The translations under genes and the position numbers were made by a program. From positions 97,156 through 161,155 of the forward strand of contig DASZUS010000045.1 in NCBI GenBank assembly GCA_035547515.1: a stretch of DNA of 64,000 nt. Reading direction: 5' to 3'. Origin of the DNA: Mycobacteriales bacterium (lineage in GTDB: Bacteria; Actinomycetota; Actinomycetes; JAFAQI01). Shown here in pieces: positions 24,407 through 34,002 of this stretch. The notes beneath the pieces are model-generated. The model ran no database searches, was not told the origin of the DNA, and saw nothing but the letters and a program-made list of their open reading frames with translations. Positions within the stretch are counted from its first letter, which is position 1; each line of letters begins with the position of its first letter.

Positions 24407-25378
24407 ATGACGCAGACCATTACTCCCCCGACCGACGAGACCGTCGAGGCGGGTCCGCGCGCTGCGCTCCCCGCGACCGGTCTCGTCCGCAGCAAGGCCG
24501 CGGCGCGGGCCGAGCAGGTGATCCTGCTCGTCGTCATCGCGGTGCCGCTGGCCGCGGTCGTCGCGGCGATCCCGGTCGCGTGGGGCTGGGGCCTCGGCTG
24601 GCGCGACATCATCATCGCCTTTGTCATGTACGCGATCTCCGGCCACGGCATCACGGTCGGCTTCCACCGGTACTTCACGCACGGGGCGTTCAAAGCGAAG
24701 CGGGCCCTCCGCGTCGCGCTCGCGATCGCGGGCAGCCTCGCCATCGAAGGCCCGGTGATCCGCTGGGTCGCCGACCACCGGCGTCACCACGCGTACAGCG
24801 ACCGCGAGGGCGACCCCCACTCACCGTGGAAGTACGGCGAGAACCTGCGCGCGCTGATCAAGGGGTTGTGGCACGCGCACATCGGATGGATGTTCGACAT
24901 CGAGCAGACCAACCACGAGCGCTACGCGCCCGACCTGCTTGCCGACAGCGCCATCGTCAAGATCTCCAACGCGTTCCCATGGTGGGCCGCGGTCAGCCTG
25001 CTCACCCCGCCGCTCGTCGGCTACCTCTGGTCAGGGTTCACCTGGCAGGGTGCCGCGACCGCGTTCTTCTGGGCGAGCCTGGTTCGGGTGGCGCTGCTGC
25101 ACCACGTGACGTGGTCGATCAACTCGATCTGCCACGCGACCGGCAAGCGCCCGTTCACCAGCCGCGACCGGGCGGGCAATGTCTGGTGGCTCGCGATCCC
25201 CTCGATGGGCGAGTCGTGGCACAACCTGCACCACGCGGACCCGACCGCGGCGCGACACGGCGTGCTTCGCGGGCAGCTGGACTCGACCGGCCGGATCATC
25301 TGGGCCTTCGAGAAGCTCCACCTCGCCTATGACGTCAGGTGGCCGTCCGCCGAGAGAATCCAGGCCAAGCTGGCGTAG
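24407..25378 (+). CDS. Membrane acyl-CoA/fatty-acid desaturase
   Basis: 323 aa. Three His boxes: HRYFTH, HRRHH and HNLHH. Confidence 0.9.
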   Translation: MTQTITPPTDETVEAGPRAALPATGLVRSKAAARAEQVILLVVIAVPLAAVVAAIPVAWGWGLGWRDIIIAFVMYAISGHGITVGFHRYFTHGAFKAKRALRVALAIAGSLAIEGPVIRWVADHRRHHAYSDREGDPHSPWKYGENLRALIKGLWHAHIGWMFDIEQTNHERYAPDLLADSAIVKISNAFPWWAAVSLLTPPLVGYLWSGFTWQGAATAFFWASLVRVALLHHVTWSINSICHATGKRPFTSRDRAGNVWWLAIPSMGESWHNLHHADPTAARHGVLRGQLDSTGRIIWAFEKLHLAYDVRWPSAERIQAKLA

Positions 25379-25401
25379 CGGGACCCGCGGTCGCGGCAGC
25401 C

Positions 25402-26313
25402 TCAGCTGATGATGCGGGCACCCGGGGCGGGGCCGGTTGCCCGGCGTACCGTCCGGCAGACGTCGTAGCCCGCAAGCGCGGAGGCGATCCGCACCGCGTC
25501 ACCCGCCGACTCGGCCAGCAGCGCGACAGTCGGACCGGATCCGGAGATGATCCCGCCGGTCGCCCCGAGCTCCCGCCCGACTTCGAGGACGCGCGCGAGG
25601 TTCGGACGCAGCTGCAGCGCGGGCGCCTCCAGGTCGTTGCGCAGCGCATGCCCGAGCGCGACCGGATCGCCGGCACGCAGCGCGGTCAGCACCTCGTCCG
25701 GCGGCGATGCGACAACCTCCGCGTGGTCACCCCGCTGCCGGTCCAGCTCGGCGTAGACAGTCGGCGTCGACAGTCCTGACTCGGCGACGGCCAGCACCCA
25801 GTGCCACTCGCCGCGGGTCAGTACCGGCGAGACGATCTCACCGTGTCCGGTCCCGAGCGCCGTACCGCCGTGCAGCAAGAACGGAACGTCGCTGCCCAAC
25901 GCCGCCGCAAGCCGCTCGAGGTCGCGCTCAGGGAGGTTGGCGCCCCACAGCGCATCGGCGGCGACCAGCGCAGCCGCCGCGTCGGCGCTGCCGCCGGCGA
26001 GCCCGCCTCCGACCGGGATGTCCTTGAGAAGCCGGATGTGCGCGCCAGCCTCTACTCCCGCGACCGATGCAACCGCACGGACGGCTTGCACAGCGAGGTT
26101 GTCGTCACCGACCGGTACGACGCCCTGACCCTCGCCCTCGATCTCCACGGTGATGCCGCGCTGGTCGGCGCGCTCCACAACAACCGTGTCGAAGAGGCCC
26201 ACCGCGTGGTAGATGGTGTGCAGCTCGTGCTTGCCGTCGGCGCGCAACGGCCCGACGCCGAGATGCAGGTTGACCTTCGCCGGAACCCGGACGGTCACGC
26301 TCTGGGCCGACAC
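25402..26313 (-). CDS. ispE: 4-diphosphocytidyl-2-C-methyl-D-erythritol kinase
   Basis: 303 aa. GHMP motif PVGGGLAGGSADAAAAL. GTG start. Confidence 0.93.
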   Translation of the reverse strand: MSAQSVTVRVPAKVNLHLGVGPLRADGKHELHTIYHAVGLFDTVVVERADQRGITVEIEGEGQGVVPVGDDNLAVQAVRAVASVAGVEAGAHIRLLKDIPVGGGLAGGSADAAAALVAADALWGANLPERDLERLAAALGSDVPFLLHGGTALGTGHGEIVSPVLTRGEWHWVLAVAESGLSTPTVYAELDRQRGDHAEVVASPPDEVLTALRAGDPVALGHALRNDLEAPALQLRPNLARVLEVGRELGATGGIISGSGPTVALLAESAGDAVRIASALAGYDVCRTVRRATGPAPGARIIS

Positions 26314-26345
26314 CCATCGATCGTATGGCGACCGTCCAACCCCGC

Positions 26346-26404
26346 GTGATCTTGACCAAGTGCACGCTATGGCGCCGCCGTAGCGTGCACTTGGTCAAGA
26401 TCAC
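26346..26404. repeat. Perfect inverted repeat with 24-bp arms (gtgatcttgaccaagtgcacgcta / tagcgtgcacttggtcaagatcac) and an 11-nt spacer
   Basis: Read directly; the arms at 26346-26369 and 26381-26404 are exact reverse complements. The right arm contains the ksgA stop codon (26401-26403). Confidence 0.95.
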
Positions 26405-27252
26405 CGCGAGGGGTGGGCCTCCGCGATGCGGGCGTACGACGCGACATCCAGCCGTTCTCCGCGCCAGGTCGGGTCGATGCCCGCGGCCACCAGGGCCGCC
26501 TCGGCCGCCGCGGGTGAACCGGCCCATCCGCCCAACGCGGCCCGAAGTGTCTTGCGCCGCTGCGCGAACGCGGCGTCGATCACCGCGAAGACCTCTGCGC
26601 GGGACGCGGCCGTCGACGGCGGCTCGACACAGCGGAAACGGACCAGCCCCGAGTCGACGTTCGGCACCGGCCAGAACACACCGCGTGGCACTGCCCCGGC
26701 ACGCTCGGCCTTCGCCCACCACGCGAGCTTGACGCTGGGCGCGCCGTACACCCGCGACCCCGGAGCAGCCGTCAGCCGATCCGCAACCTCCGCCTGCACC
26801 ATCACCAGTCCTCCGCGAAGCGACGGCACCACCTCCAGCAGATGCAGCAGCACCGGCACCGAGACGTTGTAGGGAAGGTTCGCCACCAAGGCCGTCGGAC
26901 GCCCGGGCAGAGCCGGCAGCCGCAGCGCGTCCTCGGCGATCACCTCGAGCCGGTCGGCGTACGCCGGCGCGTACTCGGCAACCGTCGCCGGCAGCGCGGC
27001 AGCGAGTGCCGGCTCGATCTCGACCGCGATGACCTTGGCAGCGCGCGGCAGCATCGCCAGTGTCAGCGATCCCAGGCCGGGGCCGACCTCGACGACGACA
27101 TCGGTGTCGCCGAGCTCGGCGGCCGCGGCGATGCGGCGCACCGTGTTCGGATCGATGACGAAGTTCTGGCCCCGGGACTTGCTCGGCCGTACGTCGAGCG
27201 ACGCCGCTAGCGCGCGGATCTCCGCGGGCCCGAGCAACCGGGCCTCGGTCAT
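26401..27252 (-). CDS. rsmA: 16S rRNA (adenine1518/1519-N6)-dimethyltransferase
   Basis: 283 aa. SAM motif [12 protein letters not shown] and NLPYNVS. Confidence 0.95.
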   Translation of the reverse strand: MTEARLLGPAEIRALAASLDVRPSKSRGQNFVIDPNTVRRIAAAAELGDTDVVVEVGPGLGSLTLAMLPRAAKVIAVEIEPALAAALPATVAEYAPAYADRLEVIAEDALRLPALPGRPTALVANLPYNVSVPVLLHLLEVVPSLRGGLVMVQAEVADRLTAAPGSRVYGAPSVKLAWWAKAERAGAVPRGVFWPVPNVDSGLVRFRCVEPPSTAASRAEVFAVIDAAFAQRRKTLRAALGGWAGSPAAAEAALVAAGIDPTWRGERLDVASYARIAEAHPSR

Positions 27253-28091
27253 CCCCAGCCGAACACCCGAGCCGCGTTCGCGGTGACGGCCGCCGCGATC
27301 TCCGCCTCGTCGACCCCCTTGACCTCAGCGATCGCCCGGACGGTCAGCGGCACGAGGTACGGCGAGTTCGGCGCCCCGCGATACGGCATCGGGGTCAGAA
27401 ACGGCGCGTCGGTCTCGACCAGGATCTGGTCGAGAGGCGCCACCGCGGCCGCATCGCGCAGGTCCTGCGCATTCTTGAAGGTGACGTTGCCCGCGAACGA
27501 CATCACGTAGCCGCGGTCCGCGCACTTGCGCGCGAACCCGGCGTCGCCGGAGAAGCAGTGGAAGATCACTCGCTCCGGCGCACCCTCGCTCTCCAGGACC
27601 CGCAGCACGTCCTCGTGCGCCTCCCGGTCGTGGATCATCACCGCCTTGCCGGACTGCTTCGCGATGGAGATGTGCCTGCGGAACGACTCCTCCTGAGAGC
27701 CCCAGCCGGCGTCCTCAGTCCTGAAGTGGTCGAGCCCGGTCTCGCCGATCGCCACGACGCGCTGATGCTGCGCCAGCCGAGCGATCTCGTCCCACTCCGC
27801 CTCGGTGGCGGCGTGCGCTTCGTTGGGATGTACGGCGACCGCGGCCCACACGTCATCGCGCGAGTCCGCCAGCTCAACGCTCCAGCGCGACGACGGCACG
27901 TCGATCCCGATTTGCACCACCCGTTCGATGCCGACCTCGCGGGCGGCGGCCATGATCTCGGCGACGTCGGTCTTCATCAGGTCGAGGTGGCAGTGGCTGT
28001 CGATCGCCGGCGCCGCCAACCGCGGCGGCCGTGGCGGCGGGTCCCCCTTGCGGCCCGGCTCGCGTTCCCGTCCGGAAGCAGACGTGCTCAC
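27249..28091 (-). CDS. TatD-family metal-dependent hydrolase
   Basis: 280 aa. Motifs DSHCHLD, GETGLD and HCFSG. Confidence 0.9.
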   Translation of the reverse strand: MSTSASGREREPGRKGDPPPRPPRLAAPAIDSHCHLDLMKTDVAEIMAAAREVGIERVVQIGIDVPSSRWSVELADSRDDVWAAVAVHPNEAHAATEAEWDEIARLAQHQRVVAIGETGLDHFRTEDAGWGSQEESFRRHISIAKQSGKAVMIHDREAHEDVLRVLESEGAPERVIFHCFSGDAGFARKCADRGYVMSFAGNVTFKNAQDLRDAAAVAPLDQILVETDAPFLTPMPYRGAPNSPYLVPLTVRAIAEVKGVDEAEIAAAVTANAARVFGWG

Positions 28092-29875
28092 GAGCCCTCC
28101 AGCCGGGCAAGCTCCTCGTCGACGACGCTCGGGTCGAGCTTCGCGAACATCGGCGTGGGCGTCGCCACCGGCTTGCCGACGTTGAGCGGGTCGCGCTGCC
28201 AGCGCACCGCACTGCCGTAGTCGCCCATCAGCACGGGGTACGCCGGACCGCCGTCGAGGTCGTCGACCTCGCGCAGCTCCGGCTGCGGCGCGAGTACCCC
28301 GTCACGCCCGAGCAGCTCGTGCACCTGCTGCGACGTCTGCGGCAGGAACGGGGCCAGCATCGTCGTGCAGTCGCTGACCGCCTGCAACGCGACATGCAGG
28401 ATCGTCGCCATGCGCTCCGGCTCGGTCTCGCGCAGCTTCCACGGCGCCTGCTCCGACAGGTACTTGTTCGCCTCGGCGACGACCCGCATCGTCTCGGTCA
28501 GCGCTGCTCGCATCCGGGAGCGCTCGAGGTCGGCGCCGACCGCGCCGAAGGCGGCCTCGGTGGTCACCAGCAATGCGCGGTCGATGTCGGTGAGGTCCCC
28601 CGCCGCGGGCAACGACCCGAGGTTCTTGGCTGTGAAGGACAGCGTCCGGTTGACCAGGTTCCCCCACGCCGCGACCAGCTCGTCGTTGTTGCGGCGCACG
28701 AACTCCGACCAGGTGAAGTCGGTGTCGTTGGACTCCGGCCCGGCGGCGGTCAGGTAGTAGCGCAACGAGTCGGCGGAGTAGCGCTCGAGGAAGTCACGGA
28801 CGTAGATGACGACCGCGCGGCTCGAGGAGAACTTGCGGCCCTCCATCGTGAGGAACTCACTCGACACGACCTCGGTCGGCAACTGCAGCTCGCCGTACTG
28901 TCCGGGGCTCCCACCCTTGGCCCCCCGCCCGTCGTAGCCGAGCAGCTCCGCCGGCCAGATCTGGGAGTGGAAGGTGACATTGTCCTTGCCCATGAAGTAG
29001 TACGACTCTGCGGAGGGGTCGGTCCACCACGCCCGCCAGGCGTCGGCATCGCCGCTGCGCCGCGCCCACTCGATCGAGGCCGACAAGTAGCCGATGACCG
29101 CGTCGAACCAGACGTAGAGCCGCTTGGTGGGGTTGTCCTCCCAACCCGGCAGCGGGATCGGCACACCCCAGTCGATGTCCCGGCTCATGGCCCGCGGCTT
29201 GAGGTCGTCGATGAGGTTCAACGAGAACTTCAACACGTTCGGCCGCCAGTCCGTGCGGGTCTGCAGCCACGAGCCGAGGGCGTCGGCGAGCGCGGGCAGG
29301 TCGAGGAAGAACTGCTCGGTCTCGACGAACTTCGGCACCTCACCGTTGATCCGCGAGCGCGGGTTGATCAACGCGTCGGCGTCGAGCTGGTTGCCGCAGT
29401 TGTCACACTGGTCGCCGCGCGCACCGTCGTACCCGCAGATCGGGCAGGTGCCCTCGATGTAGCGGTCCGGGAGGGTGCGCCCGGTCGAGGGAGAGATCGC
29501 ACCCTTGGTGGTGCGCTCGACCATGTAGCCGTTGCGGTGCAGCGTGCGGAACATCTCCTGTACGACGGCGTAGTGGTTGCGCGTCGTCGTACGCGTGAAC
29601 AGGTCGTAGGACAGCCCGAGCCGCTGCAGGTCCTCGGCGATCACGCGGTTGTAGCGGTCGGCCAGCTCCCGCGGGGTCACGCCTTCCTGGTCGGCCTGCA
29701 CGAGGATCGGCGTGCCGTGCTCGTCGGTGCCGCTCACCATGAGGACGTTGTTGCCGGCGAGACGGTGGTAGCGGGCGAAGACGTCGGACGGTACGCCGAA
29801 GCCGGCGACGTGACCGATGTGCCGCGGTCCGTTCGCATACGGCCACGCCACCGCGGCAAGGATCTGGCGCGACAT
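28088..29875 (-). CDS. metG: Methionine--tRNA ligase
   Basis: Start reassigned to the ATG at 29875 ([22 protein letters not shown] = HIGH motif). KMSKS-like GRKFSSSRA. The upstream 49 codons of the long ORF lie in non-coding-looking DNA. Confidence 0.95.
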   Translation of the reverse strand: MSRQILAAVAWPYANGPRHIGHVAGFGVPSDVFARYHRLAGNNVLMVSGTDEHGTPILVQADQEGVTPRELADRYNRVIAEDLQRLGLSYDLFTRTTTRNHYAVVQEMFRTLHRNGYMVERTTKGAISPSTGRTLPDRYIEGTCPICGYDGARGDQCDNCGNQLDADALINPRSRINGEVPKFVETEQFFLDLPALADALGSWLQTRTDWRPNVLKFSLNLIDDLKPRAMSRDIDWGVPIPLPGWEDNPTKRLYVWFDAVIGYLSASIEWARRSGDADAWRAWWTDPSAESYYFMGKDNVTFHSQIWPAELLGYDGRGAKGGSPGQYGELQLPTEVVSSEFLTMEGRKFSSSRAVVIYVRDFLERYSADSLRYYLTAAGPESNDTDFTWSEFVRRNNDELVAAWGNLVNRTLSFTAKNLGSLPAAGDLTDIDRALLVTTEAAFGAVGADLERSRMRAALTETMRVVAEANKYLSEQAPWKLRETEPERMATILHVALQAVSDCTTMLAPFLPQTSQQVHELLGRDGVLAPQPELREVDDLDGGPAYPVLMGDYGSAVRWQRDPLNVGKPVATPTPMFAKLDPSVVDEELARLEGS

Positions 29876-29953
29876 GGGTTTGAGCCTATTGATCCGCGCG
29901 AATGAAAGGCGGGTAGCCGAGTGTCGCTGCCGCGTCGCCGGCCGAAAGGCCGC

Positions 29954-29999
29954 GAAAATAGCGCGAAGCCCCTCCGTGTATGAGACGGAGGGGCTTCGC
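29954..29999 (-). terminator. Intrinsic terminator (minus strand)
   Basis: 15-bp GC-rich stem GCGAAGCCCCUCCGU / ACGGAGGGGCUUCGC with a 7-nt loop, followed on the minus strand by GCUAUUUUC. Confidence 0.6.
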
Positions 30000-30395
30000 T
30001 CGAATCCTTGCTGCACCGGCAAAGCCGACCGATCAACCGAGGTCGATCACTCAACCGCCGTGCGTTGCAAGAACTCGGACTCCAGTCCCGAGGACCCGCT
30101 CGATGCCCCGCCGCCACCACGCTTCGGTTGCCCGAGGCAGGTGAACCGCGACGCGGCCCGGTCTCCCGAACCGCTTCGCTCTGCGCCTCGACTGGCTGCT
30201 CCAGTTGCCTAGAGCACAGCCGCCTCGCTTCGCGTCGTACCTGGCGTTACCGACGCCTCCCGTCGGGTTGCCCAGACGATCGGCCCCGGTTGCCCGAGTA
30301 CGTCACACCCTGTTGCCAAGGTGCTTCGCATCTTGCGTTGCTGAGGGTTCCCGAAGGCCCCCTCCGCGTGGTCCCCGTTTCCGGTGACAGACGGA
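29954..30395 (-). ncRNA. Candidate unclassified structured RNA (about 435 nt) between rsmI and metG
   Basis: No credible ORF. Promoter-like TTGTGC-N17-TAGAAA at 30424-30396 (minus). UUCG-capped hairpin GAGGGGGCCUUCGGGAACCCUC. Five CUNGGCAAC motifs. Ends at the terminator above. Confidence 0.3.
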
Positions 30396-30532
30396 TTTCT
30401 AGTGGGTACATGAAGGCTGCACAAGGGGTTTCCAGAAGTATTTTCAAGATCTTTTTTCGTGCACAGACATGTCCACAGACCGGGGGCGGTTGTCCCCCGA
30501 AAGCGCCGTCCACGCACCGGTAATCCACCGCT

Positions 30533-31390
30533 TCATCCCCAGCTGGGGAAACCCTTGCCTAGTGCAGATTCGTAGACGAGGCGCCGCGGCAAGCCGGCCT
30601 CGGCCGCCACGGCGGCTACGGCGTCGCGCCGGCTCGCCCCTGCCGCGACCCGCGCGTCCACCTGCGCGCGCAACGTCACCGGGTCCACCTCGACGGCGGT
30701 CCGCGACGCCCCGGCGACGACGATCGTCACCTCGCCCAGCACCTCGTGGTCTGCTGCCCATTCGGCGAGCTCGCCGAGGACACCGCGGCGTACCTCCTCG
30801 TGGGTCTTGGTGAGCTCGCGGCAGACGGCCGCGCGGCGGTCGGCGCCGAACGCCGACGCCAGCTCCACCAGCGTCGCGGCGACCCGCCGCGGCGATTCGA
30901 AGATCACCAGAGCGCGGGGATCGCGGGCCAGCTCCGCGAGCCGCGCCCGTCGCTCCCCCGCCTTGCGAGGCAGGAACCCTTCGAAGCACCAGCGGTCCAC
31001 GGGCACCCCGGCCAGCGCGACCGCGGTCGTCACGGCCGACGGGCCGGGCAGCGCCGTGACCGGCAGGCCCCGCCCAATCGCCTCGGTCAGCAACACATGG
31101 CCGGGATCGGAGACCAGCGGTACGCCGGCGTCACTGACCATCAGCACCGTCCGGCCTGCTGCAACCTCGTCGAGCAAGCCATCGGCCCGACCGCGCTCGA
31201 CAGCGTCATACACCGCGACGACCTTCGCGGTAACCGTGACGCCGAGCGCCGAGGCAAGCCGTCGCAGCCGCCGGGTGTCCTCAGCGGCGATGACATCCGC
31301 CTGAGCAAGTGCGTCGACCAGTCGCGCAGATGCATCGCGCGCGTCACCGATCGGTGTCGCGGCGAGAACGAGCGGCATTGACCCATTCAA
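30533..31390 (-). CDS. rsmI: 16S rRNA (cytidine1402-2'-O)-methyltransferase
   Basis: 285 aa. Motif LVLAATPIGDARDAS..L...DVIAAEDTR (tetrapyrrole-methylase fold). Confidence 0.92.
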   Translation of the reverse strand: MNGSMPLVLAATPIGDARDASARLVDALAQADVIAAEDTRRLRRLASALGVTVTAKVVAVYDAVERGRADGLLDEVAAGRTVLMVSDAGVPLVSDPGHVLLTEAIGRGLPVTALPGPSAVTTAVALAGVPVDRWCFEGFLPRKAGERRARLAELARDPRALVIFESPRRVAATLVELASAFGADRRAAVCRELTKTHEEVRRGVLGELAEWAADHEVLGEVTIVVAGASRTAVEVDPVTLRAQVDARVAAGASRRDAVAAVAAEAGLPRRLVYESALGKGFPSWG

Positions 31391-31418
31391 CCCGTCGGGC
31401 CTGCGGAGGCTTCATACG

Positions 31419-33185
31419 ATGAGCGGCATGCCGGCCTCCGCGACGCTGGACGAACCGGCGCCCATCCAAGCCAGTACCGAAGCAGCGGCGCTTGCCCGGA
31501 TCAGAGCGCGCCTCGTGCGGCCGATGCCGGACGACCGGTTGCGCGGATGGCTCCTTCCCCTCGCGATCACCGTCCTCGGCGGCATCGCGCGGTTCTGGCG
31601 GATCAGCCGCCCAGGGGGGCACACGCTGCACAGCGCCAGCAGCATCGTCTTCGACGAGACCTACTACGCCCACGACAGCTGGTCGTTGCTTCACCACGGA
31701 GTCGAGACCAACGGGCCGATGACCGCTTCGGGGTTCGTCGTACATCCCCCGCTGGGCAAGTGGCTGATGGCGATCGGCGAGGCGATCTTCGACCACGGCA
31801 AGACCGTGACGTTCCACAACACTGTGTACCCGGCCAGCCCGCTGGCCTTCCGCTTCATGGGTGCGCTGCTCGGCACGCTGGCGATCCTGATGGTTGCGCG
31901 CATCGCCCGCCGGATGTTCCGGTCCACCGCGCTCGGCGTTGTCGCCGGCGCGCTGCTGGCGCTCGACGGCCTCGAGTTCGTGCAGAGCCGTACGGCGATG
32001 CTCGACATCTACCTGTTGTTCTGGGTTCTCGCCGCCTTTGGCTGCCTCGTCCTCGACCGCGACTACGGCCGCCGAAAGCTCGCCGACAAGCTCGCGGCCC
32101 CGCTGGGCTGGCGGGAGTGGGGTCCCTCGATCGGCTTTCGCCCCTGGCGCTGGGCCGCAGCGATCTGCCTCGGCGCGGCGTGCGCCACCAAGTGGAACGG
32201 CGCCTACTACATCCCGGCAGCGATCCTCCTGGCGCTCGCCTGGGATGTCGGCGCCCGGCACAGCGCAGGCGCCACCGGGCGGGACTGGAGCCAGTCGACG
32301 GCCGGGAAGCAAACGCGCCGGAACTTCGACTGGTGGCTGGTCGGCAACGCCGCCGTACGGGTGCTGCTGCCGCTCATCGCCTTGATGTTGATCGTCCCCG
32401 CGGTCGTGTACGTCGCGTCGTGGACCGGGTGGTTCGTTTCGAGCGGACGGTACGCCTACGACCATGACCTCTACACCCACCCCGGGCAGTCGTGGCTCGC
32501 GCACGACTGGTCGGTCCTGCACGGGTGGTGGACCTATCAGCGGGAGATCTGGCACTACGACAAGACGCTGCACGCCGCGCACCCTTACCTGTCGCGACCG
32601 TGGGGCTGGTTGCTGCTGGAGCGGCCGGTCGCCTATTACTACGAGTCGCCGAGCGGCTGTGGCGCGGCGTCGTGCTCGCAAGAGATCCTCGGGATCGGGA
32701 ACCCGGCGCTGTGGTGGGCAAGCATCCCTGCGCTGATCGCGGTCATCTGGGTCTGGATCTCCCGCCGCGACTGGCGGGCCGCCGCGGTCATCGTGACCTT
32801 CGCCTTCGGCTACGTGCCGTGGATAGTGGCCGAGCTGTTCAAGGTCAACACCGATCCGGCGTGTACCCCGGCGGGTGACTGCCACCGCACCATGTTCTTG
32901 TTCTACATGCTGCCGAACGTCCCGTTCATGGTGCTCGCGGTGACGATGACCATCGGACTGGTCATCGGAAAGCGCACCGCAAGCGACGCCAGACGGGCGG
33001 TGGGAGCGAGCGTCGCGACGAGCTATCTCGCCGCCGTGCTGATCCTGTTCATCTTCTTCTATCCGATCCTGTCCGCGCGCAACATCCCGTCGAGCGCCTG
33101 GCACAAGCGGATCTGGTTCAGCAGCTCATGCTCAACTGATCCGCATCGAAATCAGCATCATGAGGATGCGCCCTGCTGGATCTGA
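31419..33185 (+). CDS. pmt: Dolichyl/polyprenyl-phosphate-mannose protein O-mannosyltransferase
   Basis: 588 aa, polytopic. IVFDETYYAHD loop. Divergent from rsmI, as in mycobacteria. Confidence 0.88.
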   Translation: MSGMPASATLDEPAPIQASTEAAALARIRARLVRPMPDDRLRGWLLPLAITVLGGIARFWRISRPGGHTLHSASSIVFDETYYAHDSWSLLHHGVETNGPMTASGFVVHPPLGKWLMAIGEAIFDHGKTVTFHNTVYPASPLAFRFMGALLGTLAILMVARIARRMFRSTALGVVAGALLALDGLEFVQSRTAMLDIYLLFWVLAAFGCLVLDRDYGRRKLADKLAAPLGWREWGPSIGFRPWRWAAAICLGAACATKWNGAYYIPAAILLALAWDVGARHSAGATGRDWSQSTAGKQTRRNFDWWLVGNAAVRVLLPLIALMLIVPAVVYVASWTGWFVSSGRYAYDHDLYTHPGQSWLAHDWSVLHGWWTYQREIWHYDKTLHAAHPYLSRPWGWLLLERPVAYYYESPSGCGAASCSQEILGIGNPALWWASIPALIAVIWVWISRRDWRAAAVIVTFAFGYVPWIVAELFKVNTDPACTPAGDCHRTMFLFYMLPNVPFMVLAVTMTIGLVIGKRTASDARRAVGASVATSYLAAVLILFIFFYPILSARNIPSSAWHKRIWFSSSCSTDPHRNQHHEDAPCWI

Positions 33186-33963
33186 GCCGCAGGCGTCCCA
33201 GAGCGACCGCGATCAGCCACGCCGGGACCAGCAGTGCGCACGCCGCGATGCCGTCCAACCAGTAGTGGTTGGCGGTCGCGACGACGACGAAGATGGTGAT
33301 CAGGCCGTGGAGCAGCCCAAGCCAGCGCCAACGACTCGGGCTGCACGTCACGATGGCGATCGAGATCAGCACCGCCCAGCCGACATGGATCGACGGCATC
33401 GCGGCGTACTCGTCGGCGATCCCGGACCCGATCGCGGCGTAGACCGACTGGCCGTAGACCGCCGCGGTGTCGATCAGCCCGGTGCCGCCGATGAGGCGCG
33501 GCGGGGCGACCGCGACCATCTGGATCAGCAGCGACATCGCGGTGAAGGCCGCGATCGTGTTGCGCACGAGCGGATAGCGGTCGCGGTGCCGCAGCCACAG
33601 CCAGACCAGGAAGACCACCATCAACGTCAGGTGAGCGGTGTCGTAGAAGTAGTTCGCGCTCCGGACCAGCCACGGGTGGCTGATGATCAGGTCCTGCACC
33701 GACTTCTCGCTCGGCAGGCCAATGACTCGTTCGGCATGCCAGATCCACCGGCCGCGGCTGCGCCCCCCGGTTGTGTGCCCACGGGTCAGCCGGTTGGCGA
33801 TCTGCCACAACGCGAACAACGCGCAGACCACCGCGATCTCGAACGACGCCGCCGCCATGAACCGGGCGCGGCGGGAGGTCCAGCGGTGCGCGATGACGCA
33901 GACGACAAGCATCGCGGCGGCAAGTGCGGATGCGCTGTCGACGTCCAGGCGCAACCACGACAC
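33118..33963 (-). CDS. PAP2-superfamily membrane phosphatase/phosphotransferase-like protein
   Basis: 281 aa, multiple TM helices. Motifs AAMPSIHVGWAV and ATANHYWLDG resemble PAP2_3-type domains. The 3' end overlaps the pmt 3' end by 68 nt. Confidence 0.65.
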   Translation of the reverse strand: MSWLRLDVDSASALAAAMLVVCVIAHRWTSRRARFMAAASFEIAVVCALFALWQIANRLTRGHTTGGRSRGRWIWHAERVIGLPSEKSVQDLIISHPWLVRSANYFYDTAHLTLMVVFLVWLWLRHRDRYPLVRNTIAAFTAMSLLIQMVAVAPPRLIGGTGLIDTAAVYGQSVYAAIGSGIADEYAAMPSIHVGWAVLISIAIVTCSPSRWRWLGLLHGLITIFVVVATANHYWLDGIAACALLVPAWLIAVALGRLRLRSSRAHPHDADFDADQLSMSC

Positions 33964-34002
33964 GGCGACACGCTATGCAAGCCGCGCGCGCAGTGGGGTC
34001 GT

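Noticed and set aside
29876-30532. Tried to read the metG-upstream gap as tmRNA, RNase P RNA, T-box leader, SAM/B12 riboswitch or a small protein gene
   Set aside because: The gap lacks the following signatures: the GGGGCUGA 5' end, tRNA-like 3' end and ...ALAA tag frame of tmRNA; the GAGGAAAGUCC P4 sequence of RNase P; a GGUGGUACCGCG-type T-box (only a loose GUGGUGGCGGCG); and the B12 box. The ORFs at 30008-30523, 30209-30517 and 30247-30528 have implausible composition. It is kept only as an unclassified RNA candidate.
33118-33185. Convergent 3'-end overlaps (pmt/PAP2 68 nt; MFS/metB 96 nt at 479-574; VOC/FetB-like 64 nt at 46374-46437) as functional antisense overlaps
   Set aside because: Stop codons are scarce in high-GC DNA, so ORF tails often run on. 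Without conservation data these overlaps are more likely annotation artefacts than regulatory features.
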